From NCBI GenBank assembly GCA_017499595.2, contig CM039002.1:3472001-3536000 (forward strand): 64,000 nucleotides of DNA, written 5' to 3'. The stretch's first letter is position 1. Each line of letters opens with the position of its first letter. Shown here one piece after another: positions 51,001-63,108 of this stretch. Made by a program: the position numbers and the translations under genes. Origin of the DNA: Psilocybe cubensis. Its lineage: Eukaryota. The notes beneath the pieces were generated by a model. It saw only the letters and a program-made list of their open reading frames with translations. It did not search any database and was not told the origin of the DNA.

Positions 51001-52972
51001 TGACTTATATGTATGGGACAAGAAGTTTATATATTGGTATTAAATGTGCAAACGGACAGCCATACCCCAGCAATCATCCGTGGCTTTGTTCCCTTTTGTT
51101 CAATCTCGCCAATTGCATAGAGTTGTGTGCAGAATTTGCATATGATATAATGGCCAACGACGATGCCGCTCAAATCTTTAAAAGTGCCGCTTTATTAAAA
51201 TCAGCGCCTCTCACGCAGAGATTAAAAGCTTCTCAGCGGTGGGCAAAGACAGCCAAGAGTAATGGAAAAAATGATAGCGACTATCTAGACGCATACGAAA
51301 TGGCAATATCGTTGGTTTCGCAAGTCACAGGGATGGAGAAAACCATCGGTTTGCGCTATCGAAATCTTTTCGACGAGACAATCTCGGACCTACCAAATGA
51401 AGCCGCGGCGGCAGCGTTCGCAGCCAGTAATATCGATTCAGCATTCGAATTCCTAGAACAAGGTCGATGTATTGTATGGAGACAGATTCATAACCTCCGA
51501 ACACCATTTGACAAACTATCAAGTGTTGATCAGGACTTGGCTGATGATCTTTCACAAATTGCGAAGGAACTAGAGTCTGCTGGGCTACGGAATGAGGCTG
51601 TTGTAACAGGCTTAGATCCCATTGTTATGAAGGAAAAAATGGGAATCCAGGAGGAAGCCACTAACAGCGCCCAGCTTGCACAAAGATGGGACGCACTACT
51701 TGCCAAAGCTCGTAACATTGAAGGATTTGACGACTTTTTACGGCCTCATCGATATCAAGATATTATTCGCAGAGTCCCCAGTACCGGGTACGTGGTCGTA
51801 ATCAACATTCACGCCGAGAGATGTGACGCAATTGCCTTGGGAGGTCCGAAGAAAGAGGCTCTTCACATTCCACTAAATCTATTCACCTACAACGATGCAG
51901 TGCGCCTTGTAAGGCTACAAGATACCGTTCTTGAGTCTCGCGGATCCCGTACGACTGAGCATGAGATTGAAGACACCGTTGGGACAAGAGGATCGAGACC
52001 TTATTTGAGGTCATCAAATCCGATGCAAGAAATTTTGGGCGAACTATGGACAAGCGTGGTTAATCCCATACTCCAAGCGTTGGAAATCAAGGTATGTATT
52101 CTCCGCCATCTTCTGTTTTAGATACGATTGAGTAAAATTTGGTCATTAAGGGCCCAATGAGCGATTTAAAACGAATTTGGTGGTCTCCTACTGGTCCGCT
52201 ATGCTTTCTACCGATCCATGCAGCTGGGATTTACAATACCAGACACAATGTGTGCCTTTACGACTATGCCGTGTCGTCTTACATTCCTACTGTCAATACT
52301 CTGATCGATTTATTGGGGCAAGCATCAGAGTCTCAATATGCAAAGAAGATAAACGTCGTCGTTGTTGGTCAGGGGCATGCGCCAGGCCTCCCTCCATTGC
52401 CAGGCGCCCAGAAGGAAATCAATATGCTCAAAGACAAATTCGACTCGGCCAAAATCGAATTTTCATGCGTAGAAGGATCCGTTGCCACAATGGAACGAGC
52501 AATGAAGGATATGGAAACTTTCAACTACATCCACTTTGCCTGTCATGCCATACAGGATACTACCCATCCTCTCAAAAGCGGATTTTATCTGTCCGACGGA
52601 CGTCTAGAACTTTGGAATATGCTGAAGGTTCATAATAGAGATGCCGAGCTTGCATTTCTATCTGCATGTCAAACTGCGAGGGGGAACAGCTGGCTTTGGG
52701 AAGAGGCAGCGCATCTGGGTGCAGGAATGCTTGCTGTGGGCTACAGAGGTACGGTGGCGACGATGTGGTCCATCATGGATCGTTATGGAGCGAAGGTGGC
52801 AGAAGACTTTTATTCCGATTTGTTCAACATTGATGAAACTGTGGATAATCTTGGACGACGATTTGGGTCAGCGGGGTCCCTTCATAGCGCCATCAGTCGC
52901 TTGAGAGCAGAGATAGGAGACTCGGACGCAGCCATGCTGGCATGGGTACCATACTTGCATATGGGAGTGTAA
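48021..52972 (+). pseudogene. TPR-repeat + CHAT (caspase-like, peptidase clan CD) protein, interrupted by a transposon insertion
   Basis: Many TPR-like repeats (LNNLGTAL..R..RTGDISDI.EAIS.H.EAV.L); LEQGRCIVWRQIHNLRTP; RIWWSPTGPLCFLPIHAAG; VSSYIPT; IHFACHA and AFLSACQTA catalytic motifs; VATMWSI; WVPYLHMG*. The frame is broken only by the 49968-51064 insert. Confidence 0.9.
49968..51064. mobile_element. Non-autonomous DNA transposon, 1097 bp, 57-bp TIRs, 6-bp TSD CCCCAG
   Basis: TIR TATGGCTGTCCGTTTGCACATTTAATACCAATATATAAACTT... at both ends with 2 mismatches in 57 bp. CCCCAG at 49962-49967 and 51065-51070. Removing the element and one TSD restores ...QMLPSNHPWLCS... Confidence 0.95.
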
Positions 52973-54896
52973 CCTTTGATGTAGCGACACCAGTCAAAAG
53001 TGTAACTCATGAATTTTCGTATATTGGTATAGTGTATGGGAGGTATGGGATAATCTTATACAGATATGGTTAGATGACGCTGGGTATCCATTAAGACCCG
53101 ACACACGCAAATTTCAAAATGAGCCAGAGCCTTGGTCCCGGATTGCCAGAAGGTTATTTTTAGACGCATATGCTATTTATAGAAGACAATTGGAACCGTT
53201 TCGCCATAGGCGTGTTAAAGTGTTTCTGTGAAATTTCGGTGGTTGGTACTTCATTCTACTTCATAATTTACAATATTCGGCGTCTGTTGTGTAATCTCCG
53301 CCATACTCGAAAAGAAGTAACAGGTTTATTAACATCAAAATGAAAGGAGGGAAAAAAAGAACATTGCTTCACAATTGGCAGCAAACTGTTCCGCCGTTCA
53401 TGCAAGGGTAGTCCACGTTGAAGAAATACAAGGAGAGCCACGGATATTAGAGCGATGGCCTGTCCTCGGTAAGATCAAACGTCGAGAGCAGACAGATCCG
53501 AAAGGTCGCTGTTATCCACATACCAAGCCGTCGCCTATCACCACGTTCCCGCGATTGAAATGAGAACCATCGGTGAGCCCGACTCGGGCCCATTTTCGAC
53601 TAGACGTCTACGCCGTGTAATCTGCGTGCGACGTGAGCCTGGACACGCTCAGGGTGTATTATCTGAACTGGGATTAATTTGCCAATATTTCCCAGCGCGC
53701 GCGACGAAATATTGCGTCCGGGCAGGCTTGGTTCCTTCTTTCGAGCAAAAGGCCAGGGCGGTGTCGCTCAGAGTAAATACGTACCTTGATTTTGCCGCTA
53801 CGCTCCGCGGGGCGTCCAAAGAGAAAAAAAGAAGAATGACAGACGCAAATGGGCCAAACATATGGGTGACTCTATGACTTTCTGGACAGCGCTAAGCGTA
53901 CGATGCGTCGCCAGTTAATCGTTGGAATGAACGCCTTCCGTGCGGTACGTTACAGTATGTTGCTTCTAGCATGTCGAAAAAAAAAACTTGGAGCACGCTG
54001 GTAAGAAAGACTGTCGGCTAAAGGAGCGACTTGATACGCATCATCGGCGAATATCGGTAGCGTAGACCGTTGAAGAATTCGACGAGCACTTGAAGCTGCT
54101 GCTGCACACAATGAAGGCACACATGAGTGAGAACAACGGATATCGTGTTAGAGATCACGGCGTATTACGGTGACGCCGGATATTGCTATAGAATGAATCT
54201 AGGGTGACGGAGAGAGTATAAGTGTGTACATTTACATTGACAACAGTTTGGCAGGCAGCAGGGATGGACAAAACAACAGAAATTCCAGAAGAGAGAAAAA
54301 TGGAAAGGTACCGTGATTGAGTGTAAATAAAAAATGTTGGGTTGGATTGGGCGAGAGGTGGTCATGAGATTGGACTTTTGTGACGGACGATTATCCGCAG
54401 GAGAACCGTGATTTCGTCGACGAGGCGATGAGAAAATAAATGTGGAGGGAGCGTGGGGGGCGCCGGAAGACGAGAATATCGAGAAGAGATAACGAATGGG
54501 ACTAGCGCATGGTCGAGAAGGAACGTGAGTGGGGGCTTGTGTCCAAATGGGGGTCTACGGACCGAAGGGGTAGGAGCCACATGACAAGAAATACAACAAA
54601 AGAGAGAAATAGAAATCTGATAGGCGGATGAGGGTGGGAGTAGTGCGGCGAGATGTACAACAGCTGAACCGCATACGAAACAGATACGAGGGAAAAAGAA
54701 TAATACATACAACAATAATAAAAGCAGTCCCAAGGATAAGATGCAGCGAGGTGAAGGTTAAAAGCAGATATGTGACCCGGTTTGTGTGTATTGAACCTAG
54801 TTCGTGAAGGAGGAAGGCGATGGAAATGAAATGGATATTCTTCTTCGCCTCTGCGAAGACTGGGCGAAGGGCTCGATGGGATGTCGTAATGCCGGA

Positions 54897-56421
54897 CTAC
54901 ATGGCATACTGTGGGATTGAAGTCATGAATGCTGAGAAATCAAGGTCTAGATGGGCTAAGGGAGCGCTGATTTCTTGATGGGCGTGATCCCCATAGGCGG
55001 CGTAATTCGCATGCGCCTGAGGGCTGGAAAATGAAAGAGAGTCGATCCCGCTACCGCAGATATTCTGCTGGGGAACACCGCAGGATTGGTCGAAGGTAGG
55101 GTAATTGACAGAGAAGTCGTCGAAAGCGTTAGATAGCTGGTGATCGAAAGCATCGTATGTCGAGGAGTAGGAAGGTGTGGGCGGAGAGCTTAGAAGCGGG
55201 CTGGAATTCGACATGTAGTCCGGAGTCGACGGAGTACCGGGGGATGGGCTGGCGTCCCACTGCTGCATAAAAGAAGTGTCGATGGTGAGGCTCGCATGGA
55301 AGCTACCATTATTGAGCGAAGCAGATAATGGATCGCAGTCGTAAGTAGGAAGGGGAGAGACAATATTGTCGAATGAAAATGTTCCAAAGTTCTGCAAGGA
55401 TTGTATAACATTGAGAGGTTATTCAAAAGTTTTGCATTAACGATACTCACAAAGGCCGGCTCCTCTTTTAGAGGGCCTTCTATCAGAGGCTCAGGCACGG
55501 CAGCGACATTCCCATTGGCTGGCGATAGGTTTGGTGTTGTAGAGTTGTCTGGCGTGGAACAGCGAGTTGGACGAGTACTCGAAGAACGGGGTTTCCGGGG
55601 ACTGGATGCGACGTGTTGAAGGAATGACTGTGGTCGTGAATTGTCGGTGTCGGGAACGGGTGCGGATGATGATCGTCGGAATGCGTGAGCTGTGATGGGC
55701 GCCTCGAAGCGGGTGACGATTTCAGGAACATGGTACTTATCAAATTCTTCCACCGCTGCATTCAACTCACTCCCCTTCTTACCCTCCACTAATAGCTGCG
55801 CGATCTTCGTACACCGCTTGATATCCTTAGGTTCCACCTCTCTCACCTTGCGCTTCTCAACGGGACCGCCTTTCGCTTTCGTCTGCACGGGTCGGAAGGC
55901 GTACTTCGGGAATTTGCGTTTATGTTCGTCGAGCGCCTCTTTCGCCTTCTGATGCCAAATTTGGCGCTGGTCCTCGGGCAGACTTTGCCATGTCAAGCCG
56001 ATGATCTTAGATAGCGTCGAGTGATTGGTCTCGACAGCTGTCGAAACGTGTTGGCTCTTAATGAATGACGAACGGAAAAGAATGAACGCGTTGGGAGGGC
56101 GGGGGATGTGGTTTTCGGGCTTCTTCTTTGAATGTGGCTGACGACGGGGGGCTGCGGCATCACCTTCAGGAGGGAACATGACGAACTCGGATGGTGCGTC
56201 CACAAGTGGAGGGGGTGTGTCCGAAAACGACCACGAGGTCATGGCAGAAGTGAAAGAAACCTCCGATCCATTTGTGGGCTCAGGCTGAGATGTCCACACA
56301 TAGGTATTGCCTGTAAGCGCTCGAGTGTCAACGTGTTGCCTCATTTTGGGATCGATGTCGTGAAGGGGATCTTACCGGCTGATGCTGAGCGCTTCAGTCC
56401 CTTTGTTCTCTCTGCAGGCAT
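54897..56421 (-). CDS. exp1: HMG-box transcription factor, probably an ortholog of Coprinopsis exp1 (pileus expansion)
   Basis: MPAERTKGLKRSASA/GNTYVW...KKPENHIPRPPNAFILFRSSFIKSQHVSTAVETNHSTLSKIIGLTWQSL...EHKRKFPKYAFRP; two introns. The HMG box is certain; the exp1 orthology is from recall. Confidence 0.8.
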
Positions 56422-59400
56422 ATTTAAATGGCTATAAGAGCGGGAGGGGGAGAAAATACGAGTTTGAGAGGAGGGGAAGACTCGGAGGCGACGGGTGGGA
56501 TAAGAATATGGGGACCAAGTTGGGCGGGGGATACGGACGAACAGGTATCGCTAGATTTTAACACGAGGTCCAACGCTAGTTTCTTATAAGGCAGCCCGCA
56601 GAAAGAGGAATCGAGCCCTGCATGATCATGCCATAATCGGGATCGGAATGAGATCTGTCCCAATATGGTCACTCCAAGAATAGAAGTCATACGCCTTGCT
56701 GACATTCTTTTTCTCACCTTCTTCCTCACCGAATATTGGCCATTACACATAATCGAGGGACAATATTTGCTGATATGAACGGGTGTAGCAAAATAAATAT
56801 ACTGTATTTTTGCGTATTGGGACTTTAATTTTCTACCTAAGCACTCTGTGCGGCTTTAATAATTTTGCTCCGAAGTCCAGGGTGGATTGGCGTATTTGGC
56901 GCGATTTGTTGCTCAGATGTCCAGATTTCGGACCACGTCGTTCTCATGCTTATCCTTTCCAGCATCTTATCATTTATAATCTAATTATTGGGGCGCAGCG
57001 CGACTCCTTGCACGATGCATGACTCGAGGCGGGCGGAGTCGAATACATTCTCATCTTGGTCTGTGCACGAGGCGTGTAGGAAGAGTCGGCAAAGTCGTGT
57101 CAGACCATATTGACCAGCGACGTATTTACTCGACGTCTCACGTAACCCGACTTTGGAGCCCAAGCAGGATCTTTTCGCATCAATACGCCACCTATTAAAA
57201 TGGACCTATCTGATCCCCTTCACCGTCAGAGTCGAATTCAAGTATCTCTTGGACGGTGTACTGTATTCGTTGTGCTTCAGCTCAGCTCTTTGGCATGAAA
57301 CACAAAATCTCTTACTACTCAGACGACGGCTAATAAAATAATAGGCTAGTAGCGTAGCACATGCGTATAGTTGAGCTTCTTCGACCGCGCTCTCAGTCCT
57401 GCTACCCCATTGAACTGATTCCATCATCCCATGGTCCCCTTTTGGCAATTGAGTTTTGCCGAACGGTGTCGGGACTCGGGAACCGATAAATGACGCTTTC
57501 CCAAGGGTCCTCCTTCTGGGTCTCTGTGGCTTTATCTGATCAACTAATCTATTCTATTCATTTTCTTTGTAGAACAAGGTCCCCCTTCGAATTCAAAGTT
57601 AAGAATATCTGTTCTCAATACCTAACAACGATATCTAATCTAACGTGTCTTGTGCGAATTGTGATGTACCCTGAATTGAATAACTGCCCGTGAAAAGTAT
57701 ATCAGGAACAAGAGTCTAAAGACCACTATTTGGCAGATAAACATGTATTAACGCCAATATCTGATTGAATACATGTGAACGTGTGTCGCGACCTTCTCCG
57801 CAACCTGGACTGTTCTGTACTTGTTATGGAAAGGCGTCGAGTGCGTCACGATGAATTAGTTGACCGACCATGCCAAGTTGCGCCTGTTCAATCTGCATAT
57901 TTGACATCTCTTCGTGCGTTGACTTGTCGGTTGAAACTGCTTGAACACGAAAAAAAAATCACCATAGGTCATTCCTTTAGGCCGGTTAGGAACGCTCGTT
58001 AGAGCGCGATACTTCATCGCAGTGATACAAAAATGTCTAATTGAGCGTGAGCACATAATTGCCCCAAACGCAGCAGGGTTGATCCCATTGCAGATACGCG
58101 TCCCAGTGCCTCGAGATATTCTCATGCTCACCGATTCAGCTGATTTCAATTACTCCGGTCGGGTCAGGCACTCAAGGACACTGATGCATCACGCACTCCG
58201 GAGGCCTGGGGATCTGTGAGAACGACTTGCGATACCGCTTGAAATACAACCACCTCTGTGTCCGGCCAAGTTCTTTTTTATTTACTCGGAGAATATTGGT
58301 TTGATGGGATGGATTTGCTTCCCATCTCTTGTTTTTTTTGGGGATTTTTTGGACGTCAGCCGCTTAATGCCAATGACGTTTAGTGATAATGGTAATCCGA
58401 GGCAATAAGCATCCTTATGGTCGATATCGGATAACCATGATCATGTAAATCTTTCTTCTGCTATAAAAATTTTTTGGGTCCTTTCTTTTCAATTCAATTC
58501 TCACTTGCATGAATATCATAAAACATCTAATAATAGGTGATATGATAGTCATAACCTACTTCAATACAACGCTTCAAAACCTCATATCGACGTTATCGGT
58601 ATGATAAAACATGTAAACCTTCGTAGGCACTTCCCAAATCACTAACCTCGGAAGATATTCTGAGATCCATGACATGTGGAGCTATCCATGAGGCTACGAA
58701 GAACAGAATACAGATGTCGGCTATCCTCGATCCTCAAGGTGATGTTTGAGATGTGAAAAAAAGAAATTCGTTGTATTTTCAGTGGTTCCCCGGTTGCCCG
58801 TGAACAGTGATGAATGGTAGTAGCTAGTGCTACTCCTTCGGCGCCCGCTTACGACGTCACCATCCAGTGCAAGATAGGCTGGAACGTAGGTCACCGTGAA
58901 TTACACAATCCAGCCCTCTTCAATGGACACGACCATTAGCAGGTATTGCTTTGTATTTTTCATCACCTCTGTTTCGAACTAAGCTTGTTAGCTCACGGAA
59001 ATATCAGCACAATTTAATTTCCCTTTTCCTATGGATTTTCACAGTCTCAAAGGGAACTTTGTGACAGCTGGCAGCCAAGGGGGAGCGAGCTATAGTATGT
59101 ACCTGGATGCCTTTCATAACGCCACCCATAACTTAACAGAGCTTGTCGCATCAATATTACATTCACCCTTAACTTCAAACTGCGCGAAACATGCTCATGC
59201 TACTCCAAATGGACAAATATTCATTGTGTCTAGGAGCGGCGTAGAACAAAACAGGGATCCCACGATAAACAGACCCTGTGAGTCTTTTTGAACGTGCTCA
59301 TCGGAAAACGAGGCTACGAGGCGTCAAAATACCGGCAACGAGTGTCATGGAACATTTCCTCCAGATATAGCTTAGACCTGTCTGTTAGTCACTTAGTGTG

Positions 59401-61640
59401 TATGGATTATTTACACTGTTTATGTTATTTCTGATGATAATGTTCCCTGGAGTGAGTGGCTGCATAGCCAAGTTGGACGGATGGGACGTCCAGATCGTCC
59501 AGAGGTAAAGGCTAACGATGACAGGCTTGTGTGTGCTTCAATCAAATGATCCAACGTCATTTTGTTCCTGTCCGGTCAGTCAGGAGTGTGGTGCCTTTGG
59601 AATTACCATTTTTGTCCTAAATTAACTTCAGCATCCAGCTTCTCGATAAGCCGTGGTGCCGTGGTGATATGGTCTCTTATTCCTCATACTTACTCTCCTT
59701 GACTCGACTTGTACCTACACGCAGCACCATTAAGGATGGATACAATCGATCACTGCAAAGGACCAATTAATTAGATTCTTTACATCCAGCGAAATGACGG
59801 TCAAGTGGCCCTTTTGATCTCTGTGTATATCCGTTCGATAATAATGAACGATTTCATGATGTTCTGATTACGATTCCTTGCATCCGAGTTCCGATGGTAC
59901 GTTCTACATTCCTTAGCAAGTCCTTTTACCCTCTTACATATTCTTTCGTCCATAATGTTCTTACTGGAACAAGGATCCCAGAGCTTCTCTCAAAGGTAGT
60001 CATCAGAGCTTACTCTATCTACTATTGCACGTTGATATTGTGTGGAATTGAAGTATCGGAAGATTTATTAACTAATTTTTTTATTCTCAGCCTATATAGG
60101 ACGGTAAAAACTAACGGGTGTACTGATAATCCGTTTCCCATCTTATCACAACTCCATGGTAAAGAAGATATTCTTCATCAGCCTCTTAATCTACCAGCGC
60201 TTGCATCGTTTTTTTCATATGCTCGGATATTACAGCCCTTGTATATTGTATTTCATTTTTATTTGCATCCGCGTGGGAAGAGGAAGAAGAGGTCATGCGC
60301 CATTCAGCTTCGCTTTCGCAAGCCGGTGGGAGAGGATCGACATCTTTTGATTGTCCACTAAGTGGGGTTGCACACTCGAGTCTAATTGGATGCCAATTTT
60401 GAAGGAGCATAAGCCCGTCCCATTTTGCTAGCTAGTGATACCGTAACTATAAGGTGGACTATATTCTATGGTACGTGTTAAGGCGTTGTACGACATCTAG
60501 ACGTCACTATATTGCTTTATTCATGCCTCATTGCGCCGGAGAGCGGGTGCGTTGTCGAGGATGAGTTTATTCACACAAAAGGGTATAAAGGAGCTCTAGA
60601 ACCTCATTTTATGCTTCTAAATACTGAGATATTATTTCACACAGACAAATTCCAATTGGCAGGTAGTCCCTGATCTGTGGGGAGTGTGCACTCGGTGTGG
60701 AGATGGGGTCCAAGGAAGGTATTTTTATGTTTCACACATAAAATTCCCATTTTCTCAACGCGTTTTATACTTAGCAATTTGTTGAAGGCATTGGCTATAA
60801 AATAGCACTAGACTTTTTGTGTCAGATGCAATGCTGAGCACGAGGGCGAGGTTAAAATTCCCTCGTACTGGTTTTAGAACAAGCTAAAATCCAGGTTTGG
60901 CCATCTTTTCAGTATTAGTCAGGGCATCAAAAGGCTAAAATACAAGAGAAGAGCGATCGGTCCAAATGTACCAGAGGATTAACATGTAGAATTTACCATA
61001 GTACACTAAATCGTCGGATCACACAGACGCGGCAGCATTTCTGGAGGATCTTGTACTACATCCACAAATTGGAACGTCTCAAGGAATGAAATTTAAACTG
61101 CATTCGTTGTGGCAATTAACACGTTATAGAATAGTTTGTTACTTCCCCACCAAGTCTATGGCACCAATTTTGATTCCACTTGCCACTGCTGTTTCGAGAT
61201 TTGCTCCTATGTTGAGATAAGATAAGATAATGGTAGATCAAATCATGATTGGAACATTCCGAAAAATTACGTCAGGAGAACGATTCCTGGGTATGTTATC
61301 TGCCAATTTTCACCATAAAACCTCGGATGGATTTCAATAAAAATATTATATATATTCAAGTATGTAGAAAGCATATATATGCATTAATGCCTTTAAATTT
61401 TAAGTAAGTGTTATCAATGTAGTAGAATCCGTCTAGATATTATCTGCCACGCTCAATGTTATCTGCCAGCCGAGGTGCATTTGAACATTAGCCTCTCGTT
61501 TCACACGGTATTTCACAAAATTTGTGTTTGTGACAATCCATACATATTGTGAAGCAGTTTCAACTCATTTCTCTTCAGTATGTTGACAGAAATAAAGCAT
61601 TATGTGCCTCTCTCTTTTTGTCTCCATTTTTTGGACATTT

Positions 61641-61982
61641 CACGGCGGGATATTCAGAATATAGAAATTCCACAAAGTAGGTAATCAAATGTTAACATAA
61701 TGCTGCCAAATATACTAAGTTTCTTACCACATACAAAGGTGCTTTATATTTCAAATTGAAAGGAACATCATATCAGTAAAATGGCAGGTATTTACTGATA
61801 TGAGGTTCCTTTTGATTTAAAATATAAAGCACCTTTGTATACAGTGGTAAAAAACTTGATATATTTGATAGCATTATATTCCAAATGAATGTGAACACGG
61901 ACGGCCCCAATATATTTTCTGTATGTTGCAACGTTTGATTACCTGCTTCGTGGGAACTCTATTTTCTGAATATCCCGGCGTG
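61641..61982. mobile_element. Foldback/MITE-like palindromic element, 342 bp, CACG...CGTG ends
   Basis: Nearly the whole left arm (61641-~61790) is complementary to the right arm (~61790-61982), e.g. ATACAAAGGTGCTTTATATTT / AAATATAAAGCACCTTTGTAT, with an extra segment in the right arm. Flanked by TTT on both sides. Confidence 0.8.
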
Positions 61983-62746
61983 TTTCTTGTTTGGGACACC
62001 CACTCCTTTGAACGGAAAACCCTGCATTCCAACCCGAAAACATCACTTCTCCTAAATCTTGAAAAACAGGGACCTACATGTCTACTAAATCTACAATAAA
62101 TCTATGCGTTTCTGCTGCTGCTTCGTCTTTCCGACACCCTATTCTCCACATTAACATTGTTCCTGAGGTGATTTTCTTGCATACTATGCACTCTCGGAGG
62201 CTGGAGCCTCTTCGACGTGTGCTCTAGTCCGGTTTTGCAATCTTTTGACTTTTTCAGGATGTTTGGAGGAGTTGTATGGTGTAACTTGAGGCTCTGTCGT
62301 TGCTCTTTCAGATCTCCTTTTCCGGTGTTCCAATACTTCCCCTATCCTGTGCCATGGGGTCCCCATCTTCAATACTCTGCTTGTTCCATATGACCCACCC
62401 AAATCCGCTTCCTCATTGCTCGACATCGATTAAACTACGCGGCCCGGAGGTGTTATATCGTCACGATCGAAGCCCATATCACATTCTTGGTCCCCCTCGG
62501 CGTTGAGGAGCAGTTAATTGCATGCTCCGGTGAGCTCTTCTGGTGCTTCATCCTTCTATACATATAACTCCAACGACTTCCAAACAGTCTATGCACATTC
62601 AAGTAGGGTGGTTATGAACCGCCATTCTGAACCGTAGTTGAAAGCCACCGGCACCGGGAAAGCTTATTGTATGATTTTTATTTTTTTGCGCTTTACTACA
62701 ATTTACAATTTGCACTGGATAGATAAGAATACATGATATATCTGAA

Positions 62747-63108
62747 TTAGGAAGAGGCAACGGGAGTTGGGTAGACGAGGTTGGTCGCGGTTTGCCTGGA
62801 GTAGATGATGTTTGTCAGAATTCACCGAGATTTTAGACGACGTTACGCAGACTCACGTCCAGAGGAATGTTTCTGTCTCCGTCAACCAGTATGGTGAATA
62901 TGTGACAATCGTGTTATACACTTTGGTGCCCGTGAACGTGAAGGTTTGTGTCGTGAGTGTTGGCTTCAAAGCGTCATTCTTTTCTGGGATCTGATTGCGG
63001 TACGTCAGACGAATCACACTATCCCGGGAGCTGCTGACATACAGGGGATGCATGCACTGAAAGCGAGACGAGGGCGAGGAGAGTGAATGGTTTGAACGTA
63101 AAATGCAT
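62747..63108 (-). CDS. Small secreted Thr-rich, Cys-free protein (~82 aa, three exons)
   Basis: MHFTFKPFTLLALVSLSVHASP/IPEKNDALKPTLTTQTFTFTGTKVYNTIVTYSPYWLTETETFLWT/QTATNLVYPTPVASS*. Both introns are canonical (GTATGT..CTGAC..CAG; GTGAGT..CTGAC..CAG) and keep the frame. Confidence 0.75.

Noticed and set aside
50976-51064. ORF start MYLELYSIMTYMYG... as the N-terminus of an independent CHAT gene
   Set aside because: These residues come from the transposon's right end and happen to be in frame. A TE-driven downstream transcript cannot be excluded, but nothing in the sequence supports one.
54897-56421. HMG-box gene as a mating-type locus
   Set aside because: Agaricomycete mating type uses homeodomain and pheromone/receptor loci, and none of those genes or their usual flanking genes are seen here.
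57000-60600. Short ORFs and splice-like signals upstream of the HMG gene (e.g. 59894-60361)
   Set aside because: I could not assemble a coherent gene or recognise a domain; possibly decayed genes or repeats.
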